A DNA stretch of 64,000 nt from Desulfobacterales bacterium (GCA_035529735.1 DATKWE010000114.1:2528-66527); one strand, 5' to 3'; shown: positions 20,363 through 30,552, counted from the first letter of the stretch. The notes: generated by a model not told the origin, from the letters alone. Numbers and translations are program-made.

Positions 20363-21628
20363 ATGCGTCGTGAAGTTCATAAAACCACCCTCAATAACGG
20401 CATCAGAATTGTAACCCAAAAGATGCCGCATTTTCATTCGGTATCCATGGGCGTATGGGTGAATGTCGGTGCCCGTGAAGAATCGCCTGAAGAAAGCGGT
20501 CTTTCCCATTTTATCGAACATATGATTTTTAAAGGGACTGAACGAAGAACGGCCTATCAGATTGCCAAAGAGTTTGATTCCATCGGAGGTCAGACCAACG
20601 CTTTTACCAGTTCTGAAAATACGTGCTACCATGCAAAAGTCATGGACACGCATCTGGAGATCATGGTCGACATCCTTTCAGATATCTTTTTAAACTCTAT
20701 GTTCAATGAAAAAGAGGTCGAAAATGAGCGAGCGGTAATTCTTCAGGAAATCGGAATGATGGAAGACAGCCCGGATGACTACATTCACTTCCTTTCAGGA
20801 AGTAATTTCTGGGGTAAAAATTCTTTGGGCCGCTCGGTTCTCGGTAATCGTGAAAACATAAAAAATTTTGATCCGGATGCCCTTAAAGGGTTTTTCCGCC
20901 GCTTTTATCAGCCTGAACGTATTATCATTTCAGCTGCAGGAAACCTGGAGCACAAACACTTGGTCGATATTGCCGGACCGGTTTTTGAATCGATTCGTCC
21001 AGGCAACGATATCCCCGATCGAATTACATCTGACGGACGCTGCCAGGTCGATGTGCACTACAAAGATCTGGAACAGGTTCATATCTGTTTGGGAACAAAA
21101 GGGATGTCCATAACCGATCCGCGAAGGTATGAATATTCCCTTTTGAACACGATCTTGGGTGGTAACATGAGTTCCAGGCTGTTCCAGGAAATCCGCGAGA
21201 AAAGGGGATTTGCTTACACGGTTTACTCTTTTATATCATCTTATGTCGATACCGGTATGTTCGGGGTCTATGCAGGCGTCAATCCTGACAATGCTTATAA
21301 ATCCGTTGAACTGATCCTGAAAGAAATCTTTAAGATTAAAGAAGTGCGGATCGATCCGGACGAGCTGCGTTATGCAAAGGAATTCACAAAGGGCAACCTC
21401 ATGCTTGCATCTGAAAGTAACGACAATCAGATGGTTCGAATGGCACAGAATGAGACGCACTACGGACGTTATATCCCTCTGGAAGATATTGTAAGTAAAA
21501 TCGAAGCGGTGACCGAAGATGACATCCGCCATCTGACTGAAAGTCTTTTCCCGAACCATCGATTTGCACTGACCCTGTTGGGACCCGTAACCGATAAAAA
21601 TTTATTCGATGATATGCTGGTCCTCTGA
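20363..21628 (+). CDS. M16-family (pitrilysin/insulinase-like) zinc peptidase
   Basis: 421-aa ORF with the inverted zinc motif HFIEH. Confidence 0.85.
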   Translation: MRREVHKTTLNNGIRIVTQKMPHFHSVSMGVWVNVGAREESPEESGLSHFIEHMIFKGTERRTAYQIAKEFDSIGGQTNAFTSSENTCYHAKVMDTHLEIMVDILSDIFLNSMFNEKEVENERAVILQEIGMMEDSPDDYIHFLSGSNFWGKNSLGRSVLGNRENIKNFDPDALKGFFRRFYQPERIIISAAGNLEHKHLVDIAGPVFESIRPGNDIPDRITSDGRCQVDVHYKDLEQVHICLGTKGMSITDPRRYEYSLLNTILGGNMSSRLFQEIREKRGFAYTVYSFISSYVDTGMFGVYAGVNPDNAYKSVELILKEIFKIKEVRIDPDELRYAKEFTKGNLMLASESNDNQMVRMAQNETHYGRYIPLEDIVSKIEAVTEDDIRHLTESLFPNHRFALTLLGPVTDKNLFDDMLVL

Positions 21629-21631
21629 TTT

Positions 21632-22090
21632 ATGAACACGCCCCCCACCATCAAATTCCTTCGTTTAAGACCTGACTCGGATGCAGATATTCCCCTGCCC
21701 TGCTACATGACGCCCAGGGCCGCCGGGATGGACATATGTGCTGCAATAGAAACGGATTTTATTCTGGAAAAGGGGGCGGTCGCTTTGGTACCCACCGGTT
21801 TCGCTGTCGCCATTCCAGAAGGATTTGAAATCCAGATCCGTCCCAGGAGCGGATTGGCGGTAAATCATGGTATCGGCATTATTAATTCCCCCGGGACCAT
21901 AGATGCCGACTATCGCGGAGAAATTAAGATTGCGGTCATTAACCTCGGAGAAAATAAATATACCTTTCGCCGGGGGGATCGGATTGCCCAGATGGTGGTT
22001 AATAGGGTTTATCAGGCAAAATTAAAGGTTGTGGAACACCTCGATGAAACCGGCAGAAATACCGGCGGATTCGGACATACCGGGCGTTAA
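21632..22090 (+). CDS. dut: dUTP diphosphatase
   Basis: 152-aa ORF with the motifs AAGMDICAA, GTIDADYRGE and RGDRIAQM. Confidence 0.9.
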   Translation: MNTPPTIKFLRLRPDSDADIPLPCYMTPRAAGMDICAAIETDFILEKGAVALVPTGFAVAIPEGFEIQIRPRSGLAVNHGIGIINSPGTIDADYRGEIKIAVINLGENKYTFRRGDRIAQMVVNRVYQAKLKVVEHLDETGRNTGGFGHTGR

Positions 22091-22091
22091 T

Positions 22092-22910
22092 ATGAAGAAA
22101 GCTCGATTTTCAGAACCATGTCAAGCCAAGCTCGATTACAACCTTTCAGTATGCATACTGGCCAGCGGAAGCAAGGGAAACGCCATTTTTGTTTCCAACG
22201 GTTCCACCTCAATACTGATCGATGCCGGTCTTTCAGGAATCGAAATCGAACGGCGGTTAAAGTCCAGAGGACTTTCCCCGGAAGATCTCGATGCCATTCT
22301 CGTATCCCATGAGCATGCCGACCATATCCAGGGCGTCGGTGTTCTTTCGCGCCGTTTTAATCTGCCGGTTTATATCAGCTCAAAAACACAACAAGCCGCC
22401 TTTTCACAGCTTGGAAACGTCCGTGACGTCAAAAACTTCGCGTGCGGTTCCACCTTTCGAATCAATAATCTGGCAATACATCCCTTTTCCATATCCCATG
22501 ATGCAGAAGATCCGGTGGGATTTACCGTAAATCAAAACGGGACAACTATCGGAATCGCAACCGATCTCGGAATCGCAACCGCAATGGTCAAAGAACATCT
22601 TAAAGGGTGCGCTTTATTAATCCTTGAAGCCAACCATGATGAAGACATGCTCGTCAACGGCCCCTATCCGTGGCCCGTCAAGCAGCGCATCAAAAGCAGA
22701 ACCGGTCACCTGTCCAACGCGGAATCAAAACACCTCCTCAATGAAATTCAACATGACCGGTTGAAACATGTCATTCTGGCCCACCTCAGCGAAACAAACA
22801 ATACACCCCAGAAAGCCTTAAATGAAGTCGGTCAGGCCCTGACCCGCAGCAAGGCGCGCCTCGATGTCGCATCCCAGGATAAATGCGGAGCGTTATTACT
22901 CCTTAAATAA
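22092..22910 (+). CDS. MBL-fold metallo-hydrolase
   Basis: HEHADH motif. ATG immediately after the dut stop; the ORF is open from 22029. Confidence 0.75.
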   Translation: MKKARFSEPCQAKLDYNLSVCILASGSKGNAIFVSNGSTSILIDAGLSGIEIERRLKSRGLSPEDLDAILVSHEHADHIQGVGVLSRRFNLPVYISSKTQQAAFSQLGNVRDVKNFACGSTFRINNLAIHPFSISHDAEDPVGFTVNQNGTTIGIATDLGIATAMVKEHLKGCALLILEANHDEDMLVNGPYPWPVKQRIKSRTGHLSNAESKHLLNEIQHDRLKHVILAHLSETNNTPQKALNEVGQALTRSKARLDVASQDKCGALLLLK

Positions 22911-23477
22911 TTGAGGGGTCAGGAAGTTTTAATTGTAAACACTTATCCATTTGCATTGACCAAAATTTAATCTTGCAGCTATCAAATTGAAGCTTCGACC
23001 AAATTTGACATCTTCACATTTTGTGATATGGAATGGTTGTCTTTTAAAACGGCAATGGCTTGATATGCTGAGGTGTGCTCCAGATATTACAGGTTCTCGG
23101 AGCTTTTCAGAATCACTATGAACGTGAGGAATATCCTGGCATAACAAGCAACAAAATTGATAATATCGTTGATGGGATAAAAATCATCCTGTTATTTGAA
23201 TCCATAAAAATAGAAGAAGCCAAAATGGTATCGTATAAGACATTCACTAAATAAATTGCGACATACACTAAAAAACCGACAAAGAAAGGTTTGATATGTT
23301 TTTTCAGCTTTATTCTCCTTGCTTATAACGCCAATAATGAGCCGTGCCGGTTAAGAAGTACTGCCACCTAAAATGATAACTATTTCCATAAAAGGTAAAT
23401 CTTTCAAAACGCCTAGTTCCAGGCATCTGCTCAATTATTTTGTTAGCTCAGACTCTTTGTCCACTATCACGAGGATC

Positions 23478-23813
23478 TTATCCATTCCTATTCATATAGC
23501 AGGTTTCATTCTGTTCTTGGTTTGATGGGTAATCCCTGCAGACTTGTGATCTAGCTTCATATACCACACAAGAATATGTGCCATCATCTCTATTCAGGAA
23601 GATACAATCTCCATTTTCTCTGAATTTCAGGAAACGCCCTTCTCCCTCTGTTCCTATCGGATTCGTAAACATGTTAGAATGAAGTCCGGTGAAGTCTTCT
23701 AGTGCTTCAATCTCAGGTTGAGACAACTTTGCAAAGGCAAAGTGCCTGCAACACTTCGCACATTCCCTGCATATTTTGCCTGTCATAGTAATCGTCAGGT
23801 GTTTCTTGTCCAA
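23478..23813 (-). CDS. small YkgJ-like cysteine-cluster protein in an AT-rich patch
   Basis: 111-aa ORF with a TTG start (alternative ATG at codon 10). Motif CRECAKCC plus downstream Cys residues. Confidence 0.5.
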   Translation of the reverse strand: MDKKHLTITMTGKICRECAKCCRHFAFAKLSQPEIEALEDFTGLHSNMFTNPIGTEGEGRFLKFRENGDCIFLNRDDGTYSCVVYEARSQVCRDYPSNQEQNETCYMNRNG

Positions 23814-24069
23814 ATGCAGACCCCTATAGTTGAGCTAACATTATATATTATGTAGAATCGTCTTTTTTATCTAAAAAAACGAACCTGAGACATTTTTGTG
23901 CCCGTCATGAAAATGAGTCAATTTTGTAAAATTATTCTTATTTTAGATGCTTAGAAATGTTTGAATGAGATTTTTATATAACAAAAATGTAATTCTTTCA
24001 ACTTTATGTTTAAATTAAAGGGTTATGCCGATTCGGCATAATTTAAAAATCGAAAAATCTGAGACACCT

Positions 24070-24243
24070 TTAGTCCAACGGACTGATTATCCCAAGCCTG
24101 TTTTTGCTAACAACATGCGTGTAAATCATCGTCGTTTGGAGACTCGAATGACCCAGTAAATCCTGAATCGTCCGGATATCCTGTCCATTTTCGAGCAAAT
24201 GCGTAGCAAAGCTGTGACGCAATGCGTGAACACAACCAGAATG
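24070..24243 (-). pseudogene. C-terminal remnant (about 57 codons) of an integron-type tyrosine recombinase
   Basis: The minus-strand frame reads [57 protein letters not shown]. It is preceded by an in-frame TAA. The catalytic box II (HxLRHSFAT...LLGH...Y) is present but everything upstream is missing. Confidence 0.75.
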
Positions 24244-24294
24244 TTAAAAGGATCATGACTGTTACATGCCAAAGGCGGATAAATGAAGCGTGCG

Positions 24295-25140
24295 CTAGGG
24301 TAAAAGCTTGAGGAGTTTTGCGGCATTCAAACCGGAAACGGCATCGATTTGCGCCCGGGTCAGCCCGGCGTTTTCAAGCTCTTTAAAATACCTTTCAGGC
24401 TTTAATAAAGGGAAATCGCTGCCAAAGAGGATTCTGTCCACACCGGCAATTTCAACTGCATGCCTGTATATTTCGGGATCGTACAAAAAAGGAGACGCGG
24501 CAGTATCAAAATAAACGTTTTTAAGACGCTCTTTGACGTCTTTTTTTAAAAGATTAAAAAAGAAAATGCCCCCGCCCCAATGGGCCAGAATGATTTTATT
24601 TTCCGAAAATCTGGTGACCAATGTATAAATCTGTTTCAGGGTATTGGGAGTCTTTCCGGGATACAGATGCCCCACGGGTTCATTGGTATGGATCAAAAAC
24701 AAAAGGTCTTTGTCGAGACAGATTTCCATAAGGGGCGTCAGCATATCTAACGCAGTATCATCTATGCCGGATTGGTAAAAAGCGATTTCCCCGATCCCTG
24801 AAAGACCGCCTTCCAGACACCGTCGCGCCTCGGAAACAGCCTCCCTGTTAAACGGATCAAAACAACACAACCCCGCAAGGCGTTCAGGATATCGGGTTAC
24901 AACCTCCATGACATAGTCATTTTGCATTTTAAACGTTGCCGAATCTTTCCACGGAAAACCAAAGACCACGGATCTGTCAACACCTTGCGCATCCATTGCG
25001 GCAACGATTTCTTTTGCCCCGACGAGTTTTGATCCCGGCGAATCGTATAAAAGTTTAAAGGCAGGTTCTGAAGGGAAATACTTTTCCCTGTTTTCACGAA
25101 TGGCTTTTGGGAAGATGTGTGTATGAAAATCGATGATCAT
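24295..25140 (-). CDS. amidohydrolase-family (TIM-barrel metal-dependent) hydrolase
   Basis: 281-aa ORF with the N-terminal MIIDFHTHIFP metal-binding signature. Confidence 0.7.
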   Translation of the reverse strand: MIIDFHTHIFPKAIRENREKYFPSEPAFKLLYDSPGSKLVGAKEIVAAMDAQGVDRSVVFGFPWKDSATFKMQNDYVMEVVTRYPERLAGLCCFDPFNREAVSEARRCLEGGLSGIGEIAFYQSGIDDTALDMLTPLMEICLDKDLLFLIHTNEPVGHLYPGKTPNTLKQIYTLVTRFSENKIILAHWGGGIFFFNLLKKDVKERLKNVYFDTAASPFLYDPEIYRHAVEIAGVDRILFGSDFPLLKPERYFKELENAGLTRAQIDAVSGLNAAKLLKLLP

Positions 25141-25335
25141 AATGGCAACAGGGGTCAGGGATCGGGGGTTAGAAAAAAAGTGAATATCGATAATTCACTT
25201 TAATTATAAGTTTAAAGTGCCTAAAGTTAAGGTATTCTTTCAATTTTACATGAATAGATGGAGCGAAGCGACACCTTCACTTTAGGCACGTTAGATCATT
25301 TCAAACTTTAGTCACTTTCTGTGATCTCTACCTGA

Positions 25336-28300
25336 TTACATGAACAGTGCACTTTTGATCTGGGCATACAGTTGATTGTTGTCAAACCCCATCAAAGCCG
25401 GCGCTTCGGACGGACACACCGCCGAGCAGGCGCCGCACCCTTTGCACAGGGCCGGATTCACTTCAGCCACAAACGCTTCACTGTTAAACGTAATGGCGCC
25501 AAACGGACAGACATTGATGCACCCCAAACATCCGGAACATAACTCGGGTCGGATATGCGTGATGATACCGCCCAGTTTGACGTATTTCATCGCCAGAACC
25601 GTAACCGCTCTTGCGGCTGCGGCCTGAGCCTGTGTGATGGATTCATCGATGGTCTTGGGGGCGTGGGCCAGCCCGCACACAAAAACGCCGTCCGTGGCAA
25701 AATCCACCGGCCGAAGCTTCACGTGGGCTTCGGCAAAAAAACCGTCGGCATTCAAAGGCACCTTATAAAGCTGTGCCAAAGGATTCTCTGATTCCGTTAC
25801 AATCGCCGACGCCAGAACCAACAGATCGGGATGGATGTCCATCATCCTTCCCAGAACCCGGTCGGTGAAACTCACCTTGAGGCCTTCGTCCCCATTGGTA
25901 ACATTAACATCCTTATCAGCATCGTACCGGATAAAACCGATGCCTCGAGATCGGGCTTCGCGATAGAGATCCTCGCGCAGACCATACGAACGCAAATCCC
26001 TGTAAAGGATAAAAACGTCCATGCCGGGGTTGATCTCTTTCAGGTTCAAAGCACTTTTGATGGATTGGGTGCAGCATACTTTTGAACAGTAGGGCCGATC
26101 CGGTATGCGGGAACCGACACACTGGATAAATACCGCCGTGTTGACTTGGGCAATCGATGGATCGTTGCCAATAAACCGCTGCTGCAACTCCAAACCGGTA
26201 ACGACCCGGGAATCTTGCCCGTATAAATATTGGTCGGGTTTAAACTCCGAAGCCCCTGAAGCGATAAGGGTTACGCCGTGCTCAAGAACCCTGCTATTGC
26301 CGTTGCCGGTGACGGTTGTCTTAAAATTCCCCACAAACCCGTCAACCTGCGTAATGCGAGAATTCAGAAAAATATCAATGGCCGGATCGGACTCCACCGC
26401 ATCGGTCAAGCCTTTTAAATATTCCTGAATATCCTCGCCGCGCCAGGTTTCATGAAGATTCCGCGCCTGGCCGCCGAGAACATCCGATTTTTCAAGCAAA
26501 AATGTCTGATACCCTTGATCCGACATGTTTTTGGCCGCAGCCATCCCGGCGACGCCGCCCCCGATCACCAGAACCGCCTGGTTGACCGCCATGGTCGATT
26601 CTGCCAGGGGCTGGAGTAGAGCCGCTTTGGCCACGCCCATTCTGACCATATCTTTGGATTTTTTCGTGGCTTCTTCAGGATCGTTTTTATGGACCCAGGA
26701 GCACTGGTTGCGGATGTTGGCCATTTCGAACAGGTACTTGTTGACCCCCGCATTGATTAAAGTCTCCTGAAAAAGGGGCTCATGGGTCTTGGGTGTGCAG
26801 GCGGCAACAACCACTCGATTCAGCCGATGCTCTCTGATGACCTCCGTCATTTTCTCCTGGGTGTCCTGGGAGCAGCTGAACATATTTTCCTCCACATAGG
26901 CGACACCGGGCAGGGTCTTTGCAAATTCCACCACTTCGGGAACATCGACGGTCCCCGCGATATTGGTACCGCACCGACACACAAAAACACCGATTCGGGG
27001 CGCCTCACCCCGCACATCCGTCTCTTCCGGAACTTCTTTTGTCTTTGTGAGGGTCCACCGAGACTCGGCCAAACGGCTGCCTGCCACACCCGCAGCAGCA
27101 CTGGAATCGATCACCGAAGACGGAATATCCTTGGGTGCCTGAAAAGCACCACAAACATATACCCCGGACCTGGAGGTCTCAACCGGATCAAAACTGCTGG
27201 TACGGGCAAAGTTGTAATGATCCAGATCGATGCCCCATTTTTTGGCCTGCTCCGCCGTTTTCATGGACGCCGTCAGACCGATTGACAGGACCACCATGTC
27301 AAATTCTTCTTCCACACGCCGGCCGGCCTCGTCCACATATCGGATAAGCTGCATCCCCGACGCTTCATCATGGACAATATTGGTAACCTTTGACTTGACG
27401 AACCGAACACCATGTTCATCCTTGGCGCGGTTGTAGTATCTTTCAAAGTCTTTCCCATAGGTGCGAATATCAATATAGAAAATGGCGGCGTCCAGACCTT
27501 TTTCGCTGTGCTCTTTGGCCAGCATGGCCTCCTTGATGGCATAGGTGCAGCATATCCCGGAGCAGTATCCTTTTGCACCCAGATGGACGTCCCTGGAGCC
27601 GATGCACTGCAACCAGGCGATCTTCTTCGGCTCTTTATGATCCGAAGGGCGTATTAGATGACCGCCAAAGGGCCCCGAAGCGGATAGTATCCTTTCGAAT
27701 TCCAGGGAAGTCACCACATTGGGCTGCTGGGTATAATTAAAGGTGTCGTGCTCTGCAGGATCATACGGTTCGGAACCGGGCGCAAAAATGACGGATCCGA
27801 CCTTAATGTCGACGATTTCATCTTCTTGAGTATGGTCGATGGCATCAACGCCGCAGAACTCCGCACATATCTTACAGCCGCCGGTTTTAAAATGCACGCA
27901 TTGGGTACGATCGATAACCGGCGTATTGGGGACTGCCTGGGCGTACGACACATAGATCGGCTTGCGGCCTTTAAGACCCATCTCGTATTCGGATGGGATC
28001 GGTCTTACATCATCTTTGGAAATGTGGGCTTGAATTTTTTCAAAGGTAATATGCCCGGTGGGACAAACCGAAACACAGGCACCACAGGATAAGCATGCTT
28101 CCGTCTGGATATGGAACGGCGTGTCCACTTTCATGTCCACACCCCTTCCGGTCAGACTGATGGCGCTGTTTCCCATTCTCTCGCAGATTCGGGTGCACAG
28201 TCCGCAAAGGATACAGGTGTCGTCTTCTTTGCTAAAACGAGGCTCTTTGATGTCGTATTTCTCAGCCAGTTCTTTAAGAATTTTCACGTCCGGACATCGG

Positions 28301-28581
28301 GCATACAGCAATTCAATAATAAGTTTGCGAATCTGGTGAATCGCCTCGGTATCGGTTTTTATCTCCATGCCTTCCCAGATCGGGTAGTTGCATGCGGTAA
28401 CGTATCGAACACGTCCACCGAAATGCATTTCCACTGTGCAAAGACGGCACATGCCGGCCGGTTCGAGAGCTTTGTGATGGCAAAGGGTCGGGATTTCAAT
28501 TCCATTTTCTTCAGCAACCTGAAGGAGATATTGGTCTTTCTTTCCCCGGACTTCTTTACCGTTGAGTTTAAAACTGATCAT
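25336..28581 (-). CDS. fusion protein: NuoG-like N-terminus ([2Fe-2S] plus [4Fe-4S]) + C-terminal part of one HdrA module + a complete second HdrA module
   Basis: 1081 aa, with these segments in order:
- CHHKALEPAGMCRLC (2Fe-2S) and two CxxCxxCxxxCP motifs
- KIAWLQCIGSRD...CSGICC
- RIGVFVCRCGTNIAG
- VLVIGGGVAGMAAA
- AVFIQCVGSR...CSKVCC
- a C-terminal 2x[4Fe-4S] ferredoxin. Confidence 0.8.
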   Translation of the reverse strand: MISFKLNGKEVRGKKDQYLLQVAEENGIEIPTLCHHKALEPAGMCRLCTVEMHFGGRVRYVTACNYPIWEGMEIKTDTEAIHQIRKLIIELLYARCPDVKILKELAEKYDIKEPRFSKEDDTCILCGLCTRICERMGNSAISLTGRGVDMKVDTPFHIQTEACLSCGACVSVCPTGHITFEKIQAHISKDDVRPIPSEYEMGLKGRKPIYVSYAQAVPNTPVIDRTQCVHFKTGGCKICAEFCGVDAIDHTQEDEIVDIKVGSVIFAPGSEPYDPAEHDTFNYTQQPNVVTSLEFERILSASGPFGGHLIRPSDHKEPKKIAWLQCIGSRDVHLGAKGYCSGICCTYAIKEAMLAKEHSEKGLDAAIFYIDIRTYGKDFERYYNRAKDEHGVRFVKSKVTNIVHDEASGMQLIRYVDEAGRRVEEEFDMVVLSIGLTASMKTAEQAKKWGIDLDHYNFARTSSFDPVETSRSGVYVCGAFQAPKDIPSSVIDSSAAAGVAGSRLAESRWTLTKTKEVPEETDVRGEAPRIGVFVCRCGTNIAGTVDVPEVVEFAKTLPGVAYVEENMFSCSQDTQEKMTEVIREHRLNRVVVAACTPKTHEPLFQETLINAGVNKYLFEMANIRNQCSWVHKNDPEEATKKSKDMVRMGVAKAALLQPLAESTMAVNQAVLVIGGGVAGMAAAKNMSDQGYQTFLLEKSDVLGGQARNLHETWRGEDIQEYLKGLTDAVESDPAIDIFLNSRITQVDGFVGNFKTTVTGNGNSRVLEHGVTLIASGASEFKPDQYLYGQDSRVVTGLELQQRFIGNDPSIAQVNTAVFIQCVGSRIPDRPYCSKVCCTQSIKSALNLKEINPGMDVFILYRDLRSYGLREDLYREARSRGIGFIRYDADKDVNVTNGDEGLKVSFTDRVLGRMMDIHPDLLVLASAIVTESENPLAQLYKVPLNADGFFAEAHVKLRPVDFATDGVFVCGLAHAPKTIDESITQAQAAAARAVTVLAMKYVKLGGIITHIRPELCSGCLGCINVCPFGAITFNSEAFVAEVNPALCKGCGACSAVCPSEAPALMGFDNNQLYAQIKSALFM

Positions 28582-28624
28582 TGGGTTAACCTTCTTGTGT
28601 CCTGTTTATGTTTTGCAAATGTGG

Positions 28625-30529
28625 CTATTTAATGACGACGGCATTAAACTTACAAGCTTCATAGCAGATGCTGCATTTGATGCATTTCTCCTGATCCAGC
28701 ACGTGAGGCTCTTTTTTCTCGCCGGTGATCGCCTCTTGAGGGCACTTGAGGGCGCACAATCGGCAACCGGTACAGGCTTCCGGATCAATCTCGTAATAAA
28801 AGAGATTTTTACATACACCGGCCGGACATTTTTTATCTTTGATGTGGGCGTCGTACTCGTTACGGAAATAATTAATGGTCGTCACCACCGGATTGGGGGC
28901 CGAAGTCCCTAACCCGCACAGGGATGCTTTGGCGACCATATCGCCCAGTTCTTCAAGGAGTTCGACGTCGCCCTCTGCTCCGTGTCCTTCACAAATGCGG
29001 GTCAAAATTTGCAGCATTCGTTTGATTCCCTCCCGGCAGGGATTGCATTGACCGCAGGACTCCTCTTTCAGAAAATCCAAAAAGTATCGGGCCACATCCA
29101 CCATACAGGTGTCCTGATCCATAACGATCATACCGCCGGAACCCATGATGGAGCCAATTTTTGTCAGTTCATCAAAATCGACGCCCAAATCCAAGTACTT
29201 TTCAGGAATACATCCGCCGGAAGGACCTCCGGTTTGAACGGCTTTGAATTTTTTCTTTTTTAGAACACCGCCGCCGATATCATAAATAATATTCCGCAAT
29301 GTCGTTCCCATGGCGACTTCCACCAGACCGGTATTTTTTATCTTACCGACAAGGCTGAAAACCTTGGTGCCTTTACTGCTTTCCGTCCCCATGCCGGCGT
29401 ACCAATCGGCCCCCTTAGAGATGATGGCCGGAACATTGGCAAAGGTTTCCACATTATTTAGATTTGAAGGATTTTGTCTGAAACCTTTTTCCACTGTATG
29501 CACATATTTGGCCCTGGGCCGGCCCACTTGGCCTTCCAGAGAGGCCATCAGTGCGGTTGACTCACCACAGACAAAAGCACCGGCGCCGGTTGAAATTTTA
29601 ATATTAAAACTAAAATCGGTACCACCGATATTCTCGCCCAAGAGGCCATATTTTTCAGCCTGTTTTATGGCGGTTACCAGACGTTTTACGGCCAGCGGGT
29701 ATTCATTGCGAACATACATAAAACCATGATTGGAACCGATGGCCACGGCTGCGATTAACATCCCTTCCAAGACACTGTGGGGGTCTCCTTCCAGAATGCT
29801 CCGGTCCATATAGGCTCCGGGATCGCCTTCATCTGCATTACAAATAATATATCTTTCGCCGTGATGTCTGGCACACGTCGCCCATTTAACGCCGGTGGAA
29901 AATCCGCCGCCGCCGCGGCCCCTTAAGCCCGAATCTTTAATTATTTGAATAATCTCTTCAGGCTTATGATCCAAGAGCGCACGAAAAAGGGCAAAATACC
30001 CCCCCCGGGCGATATACTCCTCAATGCTATCCGGATCGATATAGCCGCAGTTACGCAACGCAACTTTCACCTGATTGTTATAAAAAGACGTATCTTCTAA
30101 AAACGGAATCTTCTCTATGGGCTCGATTCCCCCGAGAGGATTCTCAAGATGGTCTTCCAATACACTGCGGGGATCACGAACCTGCCCTAAGATCCATTTG
30201 GTTTTTTTGAAATCGTTTTCAAGATAACTGCGAATAACATCGACAATCTTATCTTGGGTGATTTTTTGATAAATAACCCTGGGTTTGCCGGTTTCAGCAA
30301 TTTCGACCAAAGGTTCAACTTCACAAAAACCGATGCAACCCGTCTGTCTGATTTGGACGCCATTTCCATCGGGAAACTCCTGTATGGCCTTTTCAAACGC
30401 AGCCTTACCACCGGCCGCAATACCGCAGGATGCCATTCCGACGAGAACTTTGGTCGTATCGGGATAATAAAGTCTAGTGCTGTATTCCTGACGAATCTTT
30501 TCTAACTCTTCCGTAGATTGGATTTTCAT
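28625..30529 (-). CDS. NuoF-like FMN/NAD(H)-binding subunit (HydB/Bfu-type), with an N-terminal thioredoxin-like domain and a C-terminal 2x[4Fe-4S]
   Basis: 634 aa with GRGGGGFSTGVKW, ESCGQCNPCREG and C-terminal CTGCRLCALKCP / CIKCSICYEAC. Confidence 0.85.
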   Translation of the reverse strand: MKIQSTEELEKIRQEYSTRLYYPDTTKVLVGMASCGIAAGGKAAFEKAIQEFPDGNGVQIRQTGCIGFCEVEPLVEIAETGKPRVIYQKITQDKIVDVIRSYLENDFKKTKWILGQVRDPRSVLEDHLENPLGGIEPIEKIPFLEDTSFYNNQVKVALRNCGYIDPDSIEEYIARGGYFALFRALLDHKPEEIIQIIKDSGLRGRGGGGFSTGVKWATCARHHGERYIICNADEGDPGAYMDRSILEGDPHSVLEGMLIAAVAIGSNHGFMYVRNEYPLAVKRLVTAIKQAEKYGLLGENIGGTDFSFNIKISTGAGAFVCGESTALMASLEGQVGRPRAKYVHTVEKGFRQNPSNLNNVETFANVPAIISKGADWYAGMGTESSKGTKVFSLVGKIKNTGLVEVAMGTTLRNIIYDIGGGVLKKKKFKAVQTGGPSGGCIPEKYLDLGVDFDELTKIGSIMGSGGMIVMDQDTCMVDVARYFLDFLKEESCGQCNPCREGIKRMLQILTRICEGHGAEGDVELLEELGDMVAKASLCGLGTSAPNPVVTTINYFRNEYDAHIKDKKCPAGVCKNLFYYEIDPEACTGCRLCALKCPQEAITGEKKEPHVLDQEKCIKCSICYEACKFNAVVIK

Positions 30530-30552
30530 ACTCTTATCTCGTATCTTTAGTT

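Noticed and set aside
23116-23307. 63-codon two-TM ORF following AAGGAG
   Set aside because: The only start at a sensible distance is CTG, there is no family resemblance, and it may be a decayed gene fragment. It is mentioned under the AT-rich patch finding but not called as a feature.
23441-23840. 10-bp inverted repeat TGTTAGCTCA / TGAGCTAACA bracketing the YkgJ-like ORF; it also resembles integron core sites GTTRRRY / RYYYAAC
   Set aside because: A 10-bp inverted match within an AT-rich patch of about 1.4 kb is close to chance expectation. The core-site matches are only 6 of 7. The two arms are about 390 bp apart, which is not attC-like. The orientation relative to the integrase stump is also wrong for a cassette.
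23885-24066. 8-bp direct repeat CTGAGACA (23885 and 24059) as possible att-site remnants next to the integrase stump
   Set aside because: An 8-mer repeated once within 1.4 kb is expected by chance many times over.
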